Below are positions 22,277 to 35,882 of a DNA stretch of 64,000 bases, piece by piece. This DNA is from Heteronotia binoei (taxonomy: Eukaryota). A model generated the notes under the pieces. That model did no database searches. It was not told where the DNA came from and saw only the letters and a program-made list of their open reading frames with translations. Position 1 is the first letter of the stretch. The number at the start of each line of letters is the position of its first letter. The DNA is taken from positions 17,174,001 to 17,238,000 of the forward strand of contig NC_083234.1 of assembly GCF_032191835.1 (NCBI RefSeq). The letters are read 5' to 3'. A program made the position numbers and the translations under genes.

Positions 22277-23846
22277 CTCCAGAGCCTCAGGCTGAGGTCT
22301 CTCACATCAGCTACGATCTGATCCTTTTAGCTGGAGATGCTGGGAGTTGAATTTGCATGCAAAGCAGATGCTCTGCGGCTGAGCCATGTAGATCTTATCC
22401 ATTTGGTCTTCCCAGGGGCAGCAGGTTACTTGGGACCAACAAAGACCTTGCTGAATGCAAGAAAATGTAGCCCGCTTTCTTTTCTACAGCTCCAAATAAC
22501 AGTGTGTTTCGGTTTTTCCAAAGTATTCAGCCTTGTAGTCTGCTAATAAGCATTCTGCCCAGTGCAAGGCCATTTTGGACTATAGCCGGGGTGGCCAAAC
22601 TTGCTTAACAGAGGAGCCACAGGGAATAAACATCAGATGTTTGAGAGCTGCAAGACATGAATGCCAGATGTTGGAGAGGCACAGATTGATGGGGGAGGGA
22701 AAGGTGGGAAGAAAGCAACTTCAAATGCGTTCTACAAGCTGCCAGCTGGCTTGGCTTGGAGAAGCAATCTGAAGAGACAAATGCCTTCTCCAAGCTGGCC
22801 AATGGGGTGGGGCCTTCAAGAGAAGAAGATGCTGGATTTATACCCCGCCCTACACTCTGAATCTCAGAGCAGTCACAATCTCCTTTACCTTCCTCCCCCA
22901 CGACAGACACCCTGTGAGGTGGGTGGGGCTGAGAGAGCTCTCCCAGAAACTGCCCTTTCAAGGACAACTACTACGAGAGCTATGGCTGACCCAAGGCCAT
23001 TCCAGCAGCTGCAAGTGGAGGAGTGGGGAATCAAACCCAGTTCTCCCAGATAAGAGTCCACACATTTAACCACTTCACCAAACTGGCCATGCAATATGTG
23101 TGGCTCCTGAGCTGCAGTTTGGCCACCCCTGGACTGTAGGTTGAGAGCACGGCCTTAGCTCTGTTATGGAGGTGGGACCTGGATTAGTGGCATAGAATCT
23201 GCTTTGAACTGAAAAGGTCTCCAATTCAATCCACAGTATCTTCAGTTAAAGGATCTTGAGTTGTGGGTATTAAAGACAGACCCTGCTTTATTTACTTCAT
23301 ACGCACCATGCCTTCTGCTCCAATGGGGGACATAATGCGGGTGATGTAATTATCCCATCCTCCATTTTCTCTTCAGAACAATCTTGTGAGGTAGGTTAGG
23401 CTGATAGTGACTCCTCCAAGGTCACCCAGACAGCTTCCATGATATCATACCCAGGTGTTCCAGATCCTAGTCTAACACTCTTAACCACCACACTACATTG
23501 GGTCGCTTAGGTGTTTATATGTGCTGCGGTAATGCTTTGAGACAGAAAAGTGCACCTTCGTATATCTTCTCCTCCTGGACCTCTCCATTTCCACTGTGCT
23601 AAAAATGTGGATTTGTTTAAAAAAAATGTGAACTCGCATCTCATACTGTACAAATCTTTTCTTTAAATGCTTGCATTTTTCTGCCTAAAGGAAGGAATAA
23701 TATTGAGATCTCTTTCAGGGAGGGGGGGTGTTCAACATGAGGCTTGTTGATTTCCGTAAGAACACCTTTCATAATCCCCTCCAAGCCATTATTGCAGCAT
23801 TAATCAGGAGACCTAATGTCTGATTCTTTGCTTTCTCTCTTGACAG

Positions 23847-23893
23847 AGGAATTCGAGTATGTGTTGAGCCTGGAAGAAGAAAAGCCACACTGA
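23847..23893 (+). CDS. THYN1: THYN1 coding exon 7 with stop (total CDS 711 nt, 236 aa)
   Basis: ctctcttgacAG|(E)EFEYVLSLEEEKPH-TGA. Confidence 0.93.
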
Positions 23894-24060
23894 GAACTGT
23901 GTTCTGAATCAGTGCTGAATCGTTAGAGCTGGCTGACCAGTGGCTGAGTCGCTCCTGCAAAATAGGGCGGCTTTACACTGTCAGACAAGAACACTCTGGA
24001 ATTGCACTAAAGCCATGTTATCATCATTAAGAGGTTAAGGTGTTGTTGTTTTTTTAAAAA

Positions 24061-24066
24061 AATAAA
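24061..24066 (+). terminator. THYN1: THYN1 polyadenylation signal
   Basis: AATAAA about 170 nt after the stop, followed by a GT/T-rich tract. Confidence 0.7.
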
Positions 24067-25339
24067 CGTTATTTGGGTTTTTTTTTTTTTTTAAAAAATC
24101 ATTCTTAGGAGGTTTTACCGCCTGTGGGCTAGTTAGTGCAAGGATAACCCAGAAAAAGAACAGCAGCTGAGAACGCTGCAGGCGTCTCCTGGCAATAAGC
24201 TTCCCCGTAAACCTGCCCAACAAAGATTGGGGTGGTGGAGGGGAGGAAACGGGGGCAGGCTGAGAGATTAGAGCAGAGCTTGAAAGCTGTAAGAGTCAGA
24301 AGGGTATGGATTGGGAAACCTGCTGGAAACACACGATGGAACAGGGGTGGCCAAACTTGCTTATAAGACCCACACAGAATAAACATCAGATGTTTGAGAG
24401 CTGGGAAGGAGGGAGGAAGGCAAATAGATGGGGGAGGGAAGAGGGAGAGAGAGGTGGAAAGAAAGCAGCTTTAAATGCATTCTCCATGCTGCCAACTGGC
24501 TTAGCTTGGAGAAGTGATTTAAAGAGACAAATGCTTTCTCCAAGCTAGCCGGTGGGGCTTTGAGAGCCACACAATATGTGTGAAAGAGCCACATGTGGCT
24601 CCCAAGCCACAGTATGGTCACCCCTGCTATGGAATCTAGCAGACCAAATGTTTCAACTCTCATGGATAACCTCCTCCATCAGTAGAGAATAGAGTACAGT
24701 CCTAGCGCCAGACAACTGCAAAACCAACTGTTACAATGAGACATTCTTGATTTGTGCGTCATTCCCATTTATGTCCATAGATGACTTTTTTGGGTTTTTA
24801 CCATGAAGTTGCAGATGACTAATGGCCACCCTGTAGGGAATTCAAGGCAAGAGGTGAACAGAGCTGGTTTGCCATTGCTGGCCTCTCATAGTGACCCTGG
24901 ACTTGCTTGGTGGTCTCCCATCCAAATACTAACCAGGGCTGACCCAGCTTAGCTTCCAAGATCAGGCTATCCCTGTATGGCCTAACCTAAATATGTATCC
25001 CCCCGCCCCAATACAAACAGCAAACTCAACCTATACACTCACATCTAAGGGCAAATTCCTGAAGGCCCAGTTTTCTCACTTGACTGCACCATCGTGCACT
25101 AACATGTTTATAAAGCAGCCCCCACAGTCTCTTCTCTGTGAAACTAAGACCAAAACATCCTGTCCTGTACCAGCTGTGATGTGGACAAGCCTGAATTAGC
25201 ACCAAGGCACCCATAGGCAGGCTCTCCCAGTAATAGCTGATATACTCATAAATTGGGTCCTTAATGTTCCAGGTTCTTTGCTTCCCTTTAAAAAGGCGTA
25301 AGTCAAAAACAAGGTTGGTCACTGCACACCTGTTTGCTG

Positions 25340-25516
25340 AGTTTTGTCATATCTTTCAACTCTCATGGGTAAAAGGAAGTACTTCTTCACCCAAAGGGTG
25401 ATTAACTTGTGGAATTCACTGCCACAGGAGGTGGTGGCAGCTACAAGCATAGCCAGCTTCAAGAGGGAGTTAGATAAAAATATGGAGCAGAGGTCCATCA
25501 GTGGCTACTAGCCACA

Positions 25517-25547
<31 letters not shown>

Positions 25548-25622
25548 GGCCACTGTGTGATACAAAGTGTTGGACTGGATGAGCCATTGGCCTGATCCAA
25601 CATGGCTTCTCTTATGTTCTTA
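25340..25622 (+). mobile_element. CR1 3' end containing a (GT)n microsatellite
   Basis: aaggaagtacttcttcacccaaagggtgattaac..tggaattcactgcc...ccaacatggcttctcttatgttctta. Confidence 0.85.
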
Positions 25623-25661
25623 TCTTAATTATGCTGGGGCTTAACCAAGAATGCTTCTGAG

Positions 25662-25844
25662 CAGGGATTTTTTTTGTAGCAGGGACTCCTTTGCATATTA
25701 GGCCACACTCACCTGATGTAGCCAATCCTCCAAGAGTTTACAGGGCTCTTCGGACAGGGCCTACGGTAAGCTCCAGGAGGATTGGCTACAGCAGGGGCGT
25801 GTCGCCTAATATGCAAAGGAGTTCCTGCTATAAAAAAAGCCCTG
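25662..25844. mobile_element. Palindromic hAT-type MITE
   Basis: TSD cttctgag/cctctgag. Confidence 0.85.
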
Positions 25845-27158
25845 CCTCTGAGCATGCAGAAAGTACTTTTCTCCTATCCCCCACTATCTGTATCCCAGCA
25901 CAGATATGCAATCAAATGGTGGTGGAGGTGGAGGGGGGGTTCAGATAGCCTTGATTTCCTCCTTCCATCTGAAAAGTTAACTACAGGATAGAAAGAAAAT
26001 ATTATACAACCAAAATAAGGTAACAATGACACTTGTTCTTTGAGAGCCTAGAATGGCTTCTTTTTTTTATTGGAGACCAAAAAAAAAAAAAAGGTGAACT
26101 CCCATCATTTAAAAATACAACCATTTAAAAGACAATGAATTAAGAAACATGTAAACAATGCAAAGGCTTCATTTACAAGTTGCACTGCTTATTTTAGTAC
26201 CTATGGGCTTCCCCCCCTAACCCATGGAATCTTCTGGAAGATTGGCAAGTCACGTTAGGAGCATTCCTGCTGACACAGATCGGCTGGGGTCTCCCTCCTC
26301 CATGCTGTCTTATACTGGAGTTGGATTTTTAACATGGCTATTTCCAGCAATGACCAGGTGTGGAATGGGCAGTTTCATGTGCTCTTGGGGAGGCACTTAA
26401 GTAGGAACGGAGCTCAGGAAATCGACAACCTATCATCTACTATAGTACAATTCTGCACCAGGGGGGGAAAAAAGCAGACCAGGTTGCAGAAATTATGCAA
26501 ATTGAGAATTATTTTGCATAACTTTGCAACACTGAGACTCTTTTTGAAATAATTTATTATGCTTCGTAAAGAAAGGAAAGGAGCTCTATGTACAGAGAAT
26601 AGAATTTTCCTGGCCTCGCAATTCAGCCGCCCTTCTGGCTTTTGTGAATTATACAAAGTAATGGTGGCATACTTTACAGCCAATACTAGCAATCTGCTTT
26701 TCTTTCAAAGATAACCAACAAAACATCTCGAGAAACTGTTCCTCGCCCAATGCCACATCCTGTACTTTGTCAGCATGCATTTGAAGCTGCGGCATACGCC
26801 TCGCTCAGTTACAATTCGGCTGGATCAACAGTCACGCAACAACAACATCCCCCCCCCCACACACACACTTTGTTTTAAGCTGGAAACCTTCCAAACTACC
26901 TTTCACGTGGCAGTCTGTACAGCAAGACGACGTGGTGGTCCCTAAAAAGCAACCCAAAACAATGGTTCTTGAGACAGCAAGGTTTCAGAACCACAAGCCT
27001 ATATACAATCACATGATCCATTTAAAAAAAAAATTACTAAGGAGTCATCATCATGTCTTGACAATGTCTTTGGAACGGCCAGCAAGATGTCACACACATT
27101 TGCTTTTAAAGTCACACTAACAAGGAAAGTCGAGTTGGTGTCCAGGAAAGCTAGCTGC

Positions 27159-27327
27159 CAGGGGTGGAATTCTAGCAGGAGTTCCTTTGCATATTAGGCC
27201 ACACGCTCCTGATGTAACCAATCCTCCAAGAGCTTACAAGTCTTTTTTGTAAGCTCTTGGAGGATTGGCTACATCAGGGAGGTGTGGCCTAATATGCAAA
27301 GGAGCCCCTGCTAGAATTCCACCCCTG
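27159..27327. mobile_element. Palindromic MITE variant (caggggtggaattctagc TIR), perfect TSD
   Basis: ctagctgc on both sides. Confidence 0.88.
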
Positions 27328-27624
27328 CTAGCTGCGGACTGCCCTTTTTTGTGGGCAGAGGTCACTTTTGTGGAGTTCTCGTGCGGTGTGCCTGGTGGAA
27401 TGGAAAAGAACGACAGAACAATCACAGGTAGATGGTTAAATGTTATCACAGATTCAGTAAGATGCTTCACCACTGAACTGCCAGAGTGGAGAAGTCACAT
27501 CTGAAGAAGGAACTGCAGAAGAACAAGCTAGGCTGGCCGTGAGCACCACCCAAGTAGATTTGCCAAAAAAATCCACAAGACAATCTTTTCTTACCCTTGA
27601 TGTCAAAGCAATGAAGCAAGGTTA

Positions 27625-28126
27625 AAACGTTTGGGGCTCTTTAGCTTGGAGAAACGTCAACTGCAGGGTGACAGAGAGGTTTACAAGATTATGCACGGGA
27701 TAGAGAAGGCAGAGAAAGAAGTACTTTTCTCCCTTTCTCACAATACAAGAACTTGTGGGCTTTCAATGAAATTGCTGAGCAGTCGTGTTAGAATAGGTAA
27801 AAGGAAGTACTTCTTCACCCAAAGGGTGATTAACATGTGGAATTCACTGCCACACGAGATGGTGGCAGCTGCAAGCATAGCCAGCTTCAAGAGGGGATTG
27901 GGTAAACATATGGAGCAGAGGTCCATCAGTGGCTATTAGTCACAGCATATTGTTGGAACTCTCTGTCTGGGGCAGTGATGCTCTGTATTCTTGGGGGGAG
28001 GGCAAAGTGGAAGGGGCTTCTAGCCCCACTTGTGATGGCACTTGGGGGGGGGGTTTGGCCACTGTGACACAGTGTGTTGGACTGGATGGGCCATTGGCCT
28101 GATCCAACATGGCTTCTCTTATGTTC
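27625..28126 (+). mobile_element. CR1 LINE 3' end
   Basis: [37 protein letters not shown]. Confidence 0.9.
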
Positions 28127-28676
28127 AGTCATCTTTTGTTACAGGCTGAGGAATCTTTCCTCCTTGCAATGCCGACTTCTCGTCCACAAAGATCAAGCAA
28201 GGCTGTGCAACCTTTCCCGATTATGTTTGTATGTGGAAAGAATCACCCGCAGGGCTAAGAAAGGCTTTTAGTGTTCCCTAGATCACAGGAGGACTCCACA
28301 GCTAGATGCAAGAGTTACTCTAAGTCCTTGCCGATGATCAACAAGGACGACAGATTCATCTTGGCAACCAGACAGACGTTACCTGACAGCAGGCTTACTA
28401 CACTGAAGCATGAAAGCATCTTTACAGACGCCAGAGCATCCTCTCAAAACGTAAATGGTGTTTGTGCATGAGCACAGGAAAGGGAGATTGAAATCTCCTT
28501 CCACTGGGAGACCCCTCCAGCCAAAATCATCCTGAAAATTCAGTTCTTAGTTCAGCAAAAGGGAGTAAGAATGATCTACCTACCGCCCCAGGCTGTTGTC
28601 ATGATAAACTAAAAGATAAACAGCAATAATGCTACTTGCTTTGCTGCCTCAACTATGCACCCAAACAAATTGTTGG

Positions 28677-28955
28677 GAGAAGAAGAAGATATTGGATTTA
28701 TATCCCGCCCTCCACTCCAAAGAGTCTCAGAGCGGCTCACAATCTCCTTTACCTTCCTCCCCCACAACAGACACCCTGTGAGGTGGGTGGGGCTGGAGAG
28801 GGCTCTCACAGCAGCTGCCCTTTCAAGGACAACCTCTGCCAGAGCTATGGCTGACCCAAGGCCATGCTAGCAGGTGCAAGTGGAGGAGTGGGGAATCAAA
28901 CCCGGTTCTCCCAGATAAGAGTCCACACACTTAACCACTACACCAAACTAGCTCT
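28677..28955 (-). mobile_element. Squam3-like SINE (further copies 22823-23085, 29905-30188, 52080-52338, all minus)
   Basis: Family consensus match. Confidence 0.88.
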
Positions 28956-31154
28956 CCGGAGGGACTATGGCTCAGTGGTAAACCATCTGCTTTGCATGCA
29001 GAGGGTCCCAGGTTCAATCCCCAGCATCTCCAGTTAAAGGACTAGGGAGGAGATGATGTGAAAGACCTCTGCCTGAGACCCTGGAGAGCTGCTGCCAGTC
29101 TGAGTAGACAATACTAACTTTGATGGACCTTGGGTCTGATTCAGTAGAAGGCAGTATCGTGCGTTCACGGAAATCTTCAGATCGTGACCCAAGAAGGAAG
29201 TGCAACTGAGCCCAGGAGATCTACCTTAGGGAAGATGACAAAGTCTTGGGTTCAGTGGTTTGCAAAGCATCGGGAAGATGAAGTTGCATGGATAATGTAA
29301 AGTTTAGATTATTCTGAGAACTTCTCTCCCTGGCTTTCTGAATGAGCATCCCCACCAGAGGAACACTTTCAATCCACTAAGCAAAGAAGGGCAAATACAT
29401 TCCGTTTGCACATTTTGCACCCAATCTCAATTCTGCACAAAGAAAACCAAATTCTACAACCTGTAGAAATGCTGCCAATTAAATTACTTTGCATCATCTC
29501 TCACTTCACATAACGGGATTTGCAATTTGTAATCCTTGGCTTAAATGCTGGCTTTGCTACCTATGGTGACCAGGCTACATGGAGCTCACAGGCTCCACTC
29601 CCAACCAACCACAGGAAATCTTATTCTCACATCTCTGTGGAGCTGAAGATTCCAGAAGATCACGGCTTCATCATTGCAAGAACATCGCTACAGCCACGGG
29701 GGGAGGGAGGGGGGACTTGTCTGTTTGAAAGCAAGTTCCGAGAGTCCCAAGAAGCAGATTTCCGTGCACGCCAAACAAGATTTTTCACTGGCTCAGAGCT
29801 GCTTGAAACCGGAGAACACAACCTTGCCTATCACACCAAGAGCCATATTCAATTTTTTAAAAATGGAATTGTGTACCAGCTACAGCTGTGATTCTGATTA
29901 TGTGAAGAAGACTGAAGAAGACTGCAGATTTATACCCCGCCCTTCTCTCTGCATCAAAGTCTCAGAGCGGCTTACAATCTCCTATATCTTCTTCCCCAAC
30001 AGACATCCTGTGAGGTGGGTGGAACTGAGAGGGCTCTCATAGCAGCTGCCCTTTCAAGGACAACTCCTGCCAGAACTATGGCTGACCCAAGGCCATTCCA
30101 GCAGCTGCAAGTGGAGGAGTGGGGAATCAAACCCGGTTCTCCCAGATAAGAGTCCGCACACTTAACCACGACACCAAACTGGCTCTCCAGTTTGAAGGTG
30201 TATACCTCCAGATGAAGGTGTATATCTCCGCAAGTTTCTCCTTGGTCCCAAGTTTCAGTTAAAAGCATACGTATCATGGTACCTTTTGTGGGGAGGGGGT
30301 GCTCGAGGTCCTAGGTCTTCATCATTTCAGGAAGGAGGGGGAAGTTAAATACGCCTAGAAGTGTCAAAGTCAGAAAGCAAATCTAAAAAAAAAAGTTTAC
30401 TAGAGGGTTTTAAATAATTTAGAATAAACGGTTTCTTCAGCATGAAGAGGGGATTGCCACATTTCTGAACGTTTGGAACGGAGTACTTTAGACCTCAGCG
30501 CTAGAAGGGAAAGTGCAGATTTATCAAAATGAAAGTAGCGGGGAGGGCTGTGGTTACCCTGAAGTCAATTTCAAGGGTTAAAAATGAACAAGAGACAAAC
30601 CCACACATGTGGAATGAAACATCTATCGCTCTGTACATTGAATTATTCGAACAACTTCAAAGCTTCCCCAATTTCTTTCTTTTTTTTGAGGGGGAGAGAG
30701 AGAGGACGAGCTTTTTGCTCAGAGGTGGGTCATCCAGGTCAGGAAAGCTTTCTAGGGGCCTGGAAGCAGTGCCCCCCACCAGCCTCTAAGACAAAACAGA
30801 CTGATGATGAAGTAGATCCCTATAATTCTGACAGACCAGGTCCAGTTGGTGCTTTTTCCCCCCTGAAAAAACGGAAGGCATGCTTCAATTTTGCACTCTC
30901 CTGCCAACAACAAAAGGTTTAAATTAGCTATCGTTGGAGTCACCTCCTCTAGCTCTGCTTCTGTCTGAGTACCTGTTCTCTGAGACCAGGTGATTCTGCC
31001 GCACCTCTGTGCTGGGAGCACTTGAACGATCTCCTCGCAGACTACAGAAACAACCACCCCCGAGCAGCTGTCATATTTTTTATCTGCTCTTCATCTGAGA
31101 CAGTCCCCCTCACCAGTGTTCCTTCACATCACTGTGAGCAGGCATGGACTTTGG

Positions 31155-31321
31155 CAGTGGTGGAATTCTAGCAAGAGCTCCTTTGCATATTAGGCCACAC
31201 CCCCTGAGGTAGCTAATCCCCCAGGGCTTATGAGGCTCTTTTTTGTAAGCTCTTGGAGGATTGGCTACACCAGGGGTGTGGCCTAATATGCAAAGGAGCT
31301 CCTGCTAAAATTCCACCCCTG
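31155..31321. mobile_element. Palindromic MITE variant, perfect TSD
   Basis: gactttgg on both sides. Confidence 0.88.
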
Positions 31322-33090
31322 GACTTTGGAATTAAAATGGACCTAGTGCGCTAAGCAGAGTGACTGAGTCTTGGCTGTTTCCTCCTGGCCTCAGCAGCCC
31401 TCCAGAGCGATGGCCCACCATAAACTTTCCTTGTAGGAGTTAAGCCGACAGTCTGGGTGACTGGCCTAAAATGAGATTCACTACCAAGCAGAAATTTGAA
31501 TCCCCAACCCTCCAGTCCTCGTCCAGCACACTAACTATTACACAACACCAGCTGGGAAAGGCAGAACAGGGAGACACGCAAAGATGCAACAAGACAGCTC
31601 CTCTCTAAAGGGAGAGTTTAGTGGGGACTCATGGGAAACTCACTTCATGTCGCTGAGGGCATCCTGGAGCTTGCTGGGTTAGGCTGTACTGAATCTGCTG
31701 CTTCTTTTACTGAGGACTGTAAAAAGGAGAAGGGGGGAGCTGAAAGAACACAGCAGAGACTTGCTAAAATTTGGCTATAATTAAACCCTGAATGGCCTTT
31801 CCTTGCTCATTGACTCCCATGCTTTTAAGGGAAATGTTTGCATTTCCTTCCCACCCGTCTGAATTTTCCCCAACGGAAATAAACTGCTCTCCCAGATAGC
31901 CTGATGACGCACTATAATTGCCAAGCGTAACCCTTTTCACTTTTTGTACTCGTCATCAAACCTGAAAGACTCGGACACCCCTCCCCCACAATGCAAATGC
32001 AAGAAAGCAACCAGAGTGCCACCATAAATACATTTTAACAGGTCAAATCAATATAAACTGTTGTTAAGTATTAACACACTGAACTACACAAGAGGCTGGC
32101 CGCTGCATCTCTGCATGGTTCACAACCAGTGGGGTAGTGGATAATTGTGGCCATTCCCAATTTAGGGGCTTGTCAAAATGTCATGTCCCTGGAGGAGAGA
32201 CTGCTCATTACACCTCTGTCTCAGTCACTATTCCGTTCTTACTCTTAGATATTTTTAAACACAAGCCTTTGAGGAATGCAAAGATGATGGAGGCCTCTAA
32301 TTTTAAACCCCAAGTGTCCTGAGGTCCTTTATCAGAATTTGGGGGAAACAATGTGCCTTTGACGCTCTCAGGCACTACTTAGATGCATGTGTGAATAGTG
32401 CTGTGAGAGACAGAGGTTATCTCAAAACATCCATCCATACCAAGAGGCTTTAACACCTGAAATACAAAAAGAACACAGTTTTATGGTGCCCTTTTCTGAT
32501 GCCCGCCAAGTGTTTTTAGGGAGTGGAGCCAGGTAGGCCTTTGGCCTAGCAAAGTTTCTGATTTACTGGAAATCTGATCAGCTGTGCGGATTCTTTTTTC
32601 AATGTTGCTTTGGCAGCAGCTGCCACCATGCCAAAAGGATCTACACTGTGTTAATGAAGTTAAGCTGTGGCAGCTATTTTGAGGCTGGCTCCGCCTCCTG
32701 CGGCAGCCATTTTGTGGCTGCACCCACTATCCTATATCAGAAGTCCAAATGCGCCCGCGGGCTCAAAAAGGTTAGGGACCCCCGACCTTGCACATCCCTC
32801 TGACACTTAAAAAAGCACTGGACCCCAGCATGCCGGAGCAATACTGAACACAGAGGGAAGACGGCATTGTTAGCGTCACCTGTGCTGACCACCCCCCTCA
32901 CTATCCTGCAAGTTGCTAGTCCTCAGAGTGGGAAGGAATGAAGAAAAACAAAAAGGAAACACACAAAACCCAACAGATAATTTGTGTTCTCGAGTCTCTG
33001 TTGAAAGATTCGTTCGGTATTCTCCTTTTCTCGCAACGTCTCCAGGCTGAAGCCTTGAAGGTTCTGCAGAATGTCGGATCTGTGGGCATC

Positions 33091-33237
33091 TCACTGCCGT
33101 CCGTTGTTCTCTGCCGGCAGGCTGGGTGTCCTGCTGTCCGTCTGGGAGGACGTACCTTCAAACCGCTGCGAGGCAATAGCCGCCTGATGGGACATGCTTT
33201 TCCGCACGATGTCTCCTTTGCGCCATAACACTACCTC
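33091..33237 (-). CDS. VPS26B: VPS26B coding exon 6 with stop (total CDS 1011 nt, 336 aa)
   Basis: EVVLWRKGDIVRKSMSHQAAIASQRFEGT...NNGRQ-TGA; this C-terminus is diagnostic of VPS26B rather than VPS26A. Confidence 0.97.
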   Translation of the reverse strand, partial: EVVLWRKGDIVRKSMSHQAAIASQRFEGTSSQTDSRTPSLPAENNGRQ

Positions 33238-34870
33238 CTGCCCAAGGAGGAGAAGCAGGACTGTAGCGTTACCCAATCTGTGCAATTAATGCCTGAAAAC
33301 ACTGTGCAGAAATTCAAGAGGTATGACTTTCCTTCTGGCAATTCCCATCGTTCCCCACTAGGATAACTTCCTTCTTTGTTTCCTTTTGCAGTGAAAACTA
33401 AAAATTCTATTCGAGGCTGTAACTTTTCTTAGCCTTCCTTTATCATGGAGGAACTGCCTTATGTGGATTCCAAACGATGATTTGGAAGTGTTCCATCTCC
33501 AAAACAAACAAGCCCCCGTGGAATTGTATCATAAGTTATGCAACATGCAAAAAAACCCCTAGACAACTCAACATACCAGAACTTTGGCTCACCTACAAAA
33601 CTGATCTGAATAGAAAATAACCCCATTTTCAAATAACATGGAATTGACCAGCACAGGTTGACTGTGATGGCCACTAACTTTATAGCTTTTAAAAGAGGAT
33701 TAAATACATTAATAGTAGGAGCCCTGTGGCTGAGAGTGGTAAGTTGCAATCCTGCAGTCCAAGCTCTGCTCATGACCTGAGTTCGATCCCGGCGGAAGCT
33801 GGGTTCAGGGAGCCGGCTGGAGGTTGACTCAACCTTCCATCCTTCCGAGGTCAGTAAAATGAGTACCCAGCTTGCTGGGGGGAAAGAGTAGATGACTGGG
33901 GAAGGCAATGGCAAACCACCCCGTAAAAAAGTCTGCCAAGAAAACGTCTTGATGTAACACCACCTCATGGGTCAGTAATGACCCAGTACCTGCACAGGGG
34001 ACTACTTTTACCTTTACTTAAATACATTAATGAAGGGCAAGTGATGACGGTGAATGCTCCATATTCAGAGGCACTGTACCGCTGAGCATCAGTGGCTGAA
34101 GGCAGCAGCAGGGGAAGACTGCAGCCTTCAAGCAGTGACTATGGGCTTCCTAGGGGAATCTGTTGGCAATTGTGAGTGTTGCCATCCAGCAGGGCTTTCA
34201 TGTTTTGAGACATGGCACATGAGGGAAGTAATAACATACAGTAAATTTACAGCTAGATTCAAGTCCAGGGGCACCTTCAAGAGCAAACAAGACTTTCGGG
34301 GTAGGAGCTTTCAAGAGTCAATGCTCCCTTGGGGCAGGACTTCTCACAATGGGATAACTGACTCTTGAAAAAGCTATAATAGCCTGAACATCTTGTTGCT
34401 CTCAAAGGTGTTACTGGATAGTTGATGACGGAAGCGTTGACTCTTGAAAACTTACACACACACACACACCCTCCCAAAAAAATCTCGTTGGCCTCTAAGG
34501 TGCTACTCAGCTTGAAACTAGCTGCTAAACTACAGGCCAACCTGGCTACCCTAAAAATAAGTCTACGTTACAAGAATGACGACCTGTCAAGGAGAGACTG
34601 AAGCATCGTAGGAAGGCCGTTTCAAGAACAGTGGTGTGAATGTTTCAGGAACTTGTGAATCAGAATTTTATTCAATTCAGATTGGAATAAATCAGGATAT
34701 GTTCCAGTTCTGATTGAAATAAATAATTTCAGTATTTCAATACCCTTGGCAAAATCAGACAAATACACCATGTACAAGCCTGGATTTCCAGCCGCAAGAC
34801 CCTACCCGAGGTAACAACCATCTTACAGACACTCATGTTAATGCCCAAGAGATCCCCCGCCCCATCGCAC

Positions 34871-35013
34871 CTGTTGTTTAAAATAGCGCCGCTCTTCTTC
34901 GTCGATCAGCACCAGGTTGAGGTAATAACGCACGGAGAATTTCTTATTGATGTCTCTCATGGTCGGCGTCAGCTCGTAGCCAGCCAGGAACAGCCTAATG
35001 GGGATGGACTCTC
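34871..35013 (-). CDS. VPS26B: VPS26B coding exon 5
   Basis: ESIPIRLFLAGYELTPTMRDINKKFSVRYYLNLVLIDEEERRYFKQQ|GTGCGA, 143 nt. Confidence 0.97.
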
Positions 35014-35214
35014 CTGACAGAGAAACAAAAAGCAGAGCAGAAGTTCTAAATGTCGCATGTGCGCAAAAGAGATTAGAGTTTTATTAAATTCATACCTGGT
35101 GAAGAATTTGGTGTGGTATAAACCAGAGGGCACTGGGCTGGAGCAGGGAGAAAAGGTTCAAAAAGCCCCATTTGGTCACCAACTGACCATAATTTATTTA
35201 TTTACTTCATTTAT

Positions 35215-35882
35215 AAGAACATAAGAGAAGGCATGTTGGATCAGACCAATGGCCCATCCAGTTCAAAACTGTGTCAGACAGTGGCTAAAAAAACACAGGT
35301 GCACCAGGAGGTTCATCAGTGAGGCCAGGACACTAGAAGCCCTCCCACTGTTGCCCCCCCCCAAGCACACAGAGCATCACTTGCCACAGAAAGAGAGTTC
35401 CATCCATGCCCTGTGGCTAATAGCCACTGATGGACCTCTGCTCCATTTGCTTATCCTATCCCTTCTTGAAGCTGTCTATGCGTGTAGCCACCACCACCTC
35501 CTGTGGCAGTGAATTCCATGTGTTAATCACCCTTTGGGTGAAGAAATACTTCTTTTTATCCGTTCTAACCCGACTCTACTCAGCAATTTCATGGAGTGCC
35601 CACGACTTCTCGTATTATGAGAAAGGAAGAAAAGTACTTCTTTCTCTACATTCTCTATCCCATGCATAATCTTGTAAATCTCTATCATGTCACCCCTCAG
35701 TCGACGTTTCTCCAAGCTAAAGAGCCCCAAGCGCTTTATCCTTTCTTCACAGAGAAACTGTTCCAGCCCTTTAATCATTCTAGTTGCCCTTTCTGCACTT
35801 TTTCCAATGCTATAATATCTTTTTTGCGGTGTGGTGACCAGAACTGTACACAGTACTCCAAATGAGGCCGCACCATCAATTT
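35215..35882 (-). mobile_element. CR1 LINE 3' region (other CR1 ends at 45215-45467(-) and 58500-58686(+))
   Basis: [40 protein letters not shown]. Confidence 0.92.

Noticed and set aside
28074-29891. Short ORFs at 28074-28471 and 29520-29891
   Set aside because: No chain of phase-compatible splice sites or family motif; more simply explained as antisense of VPS26B 3' UTR or intergenic sequence.
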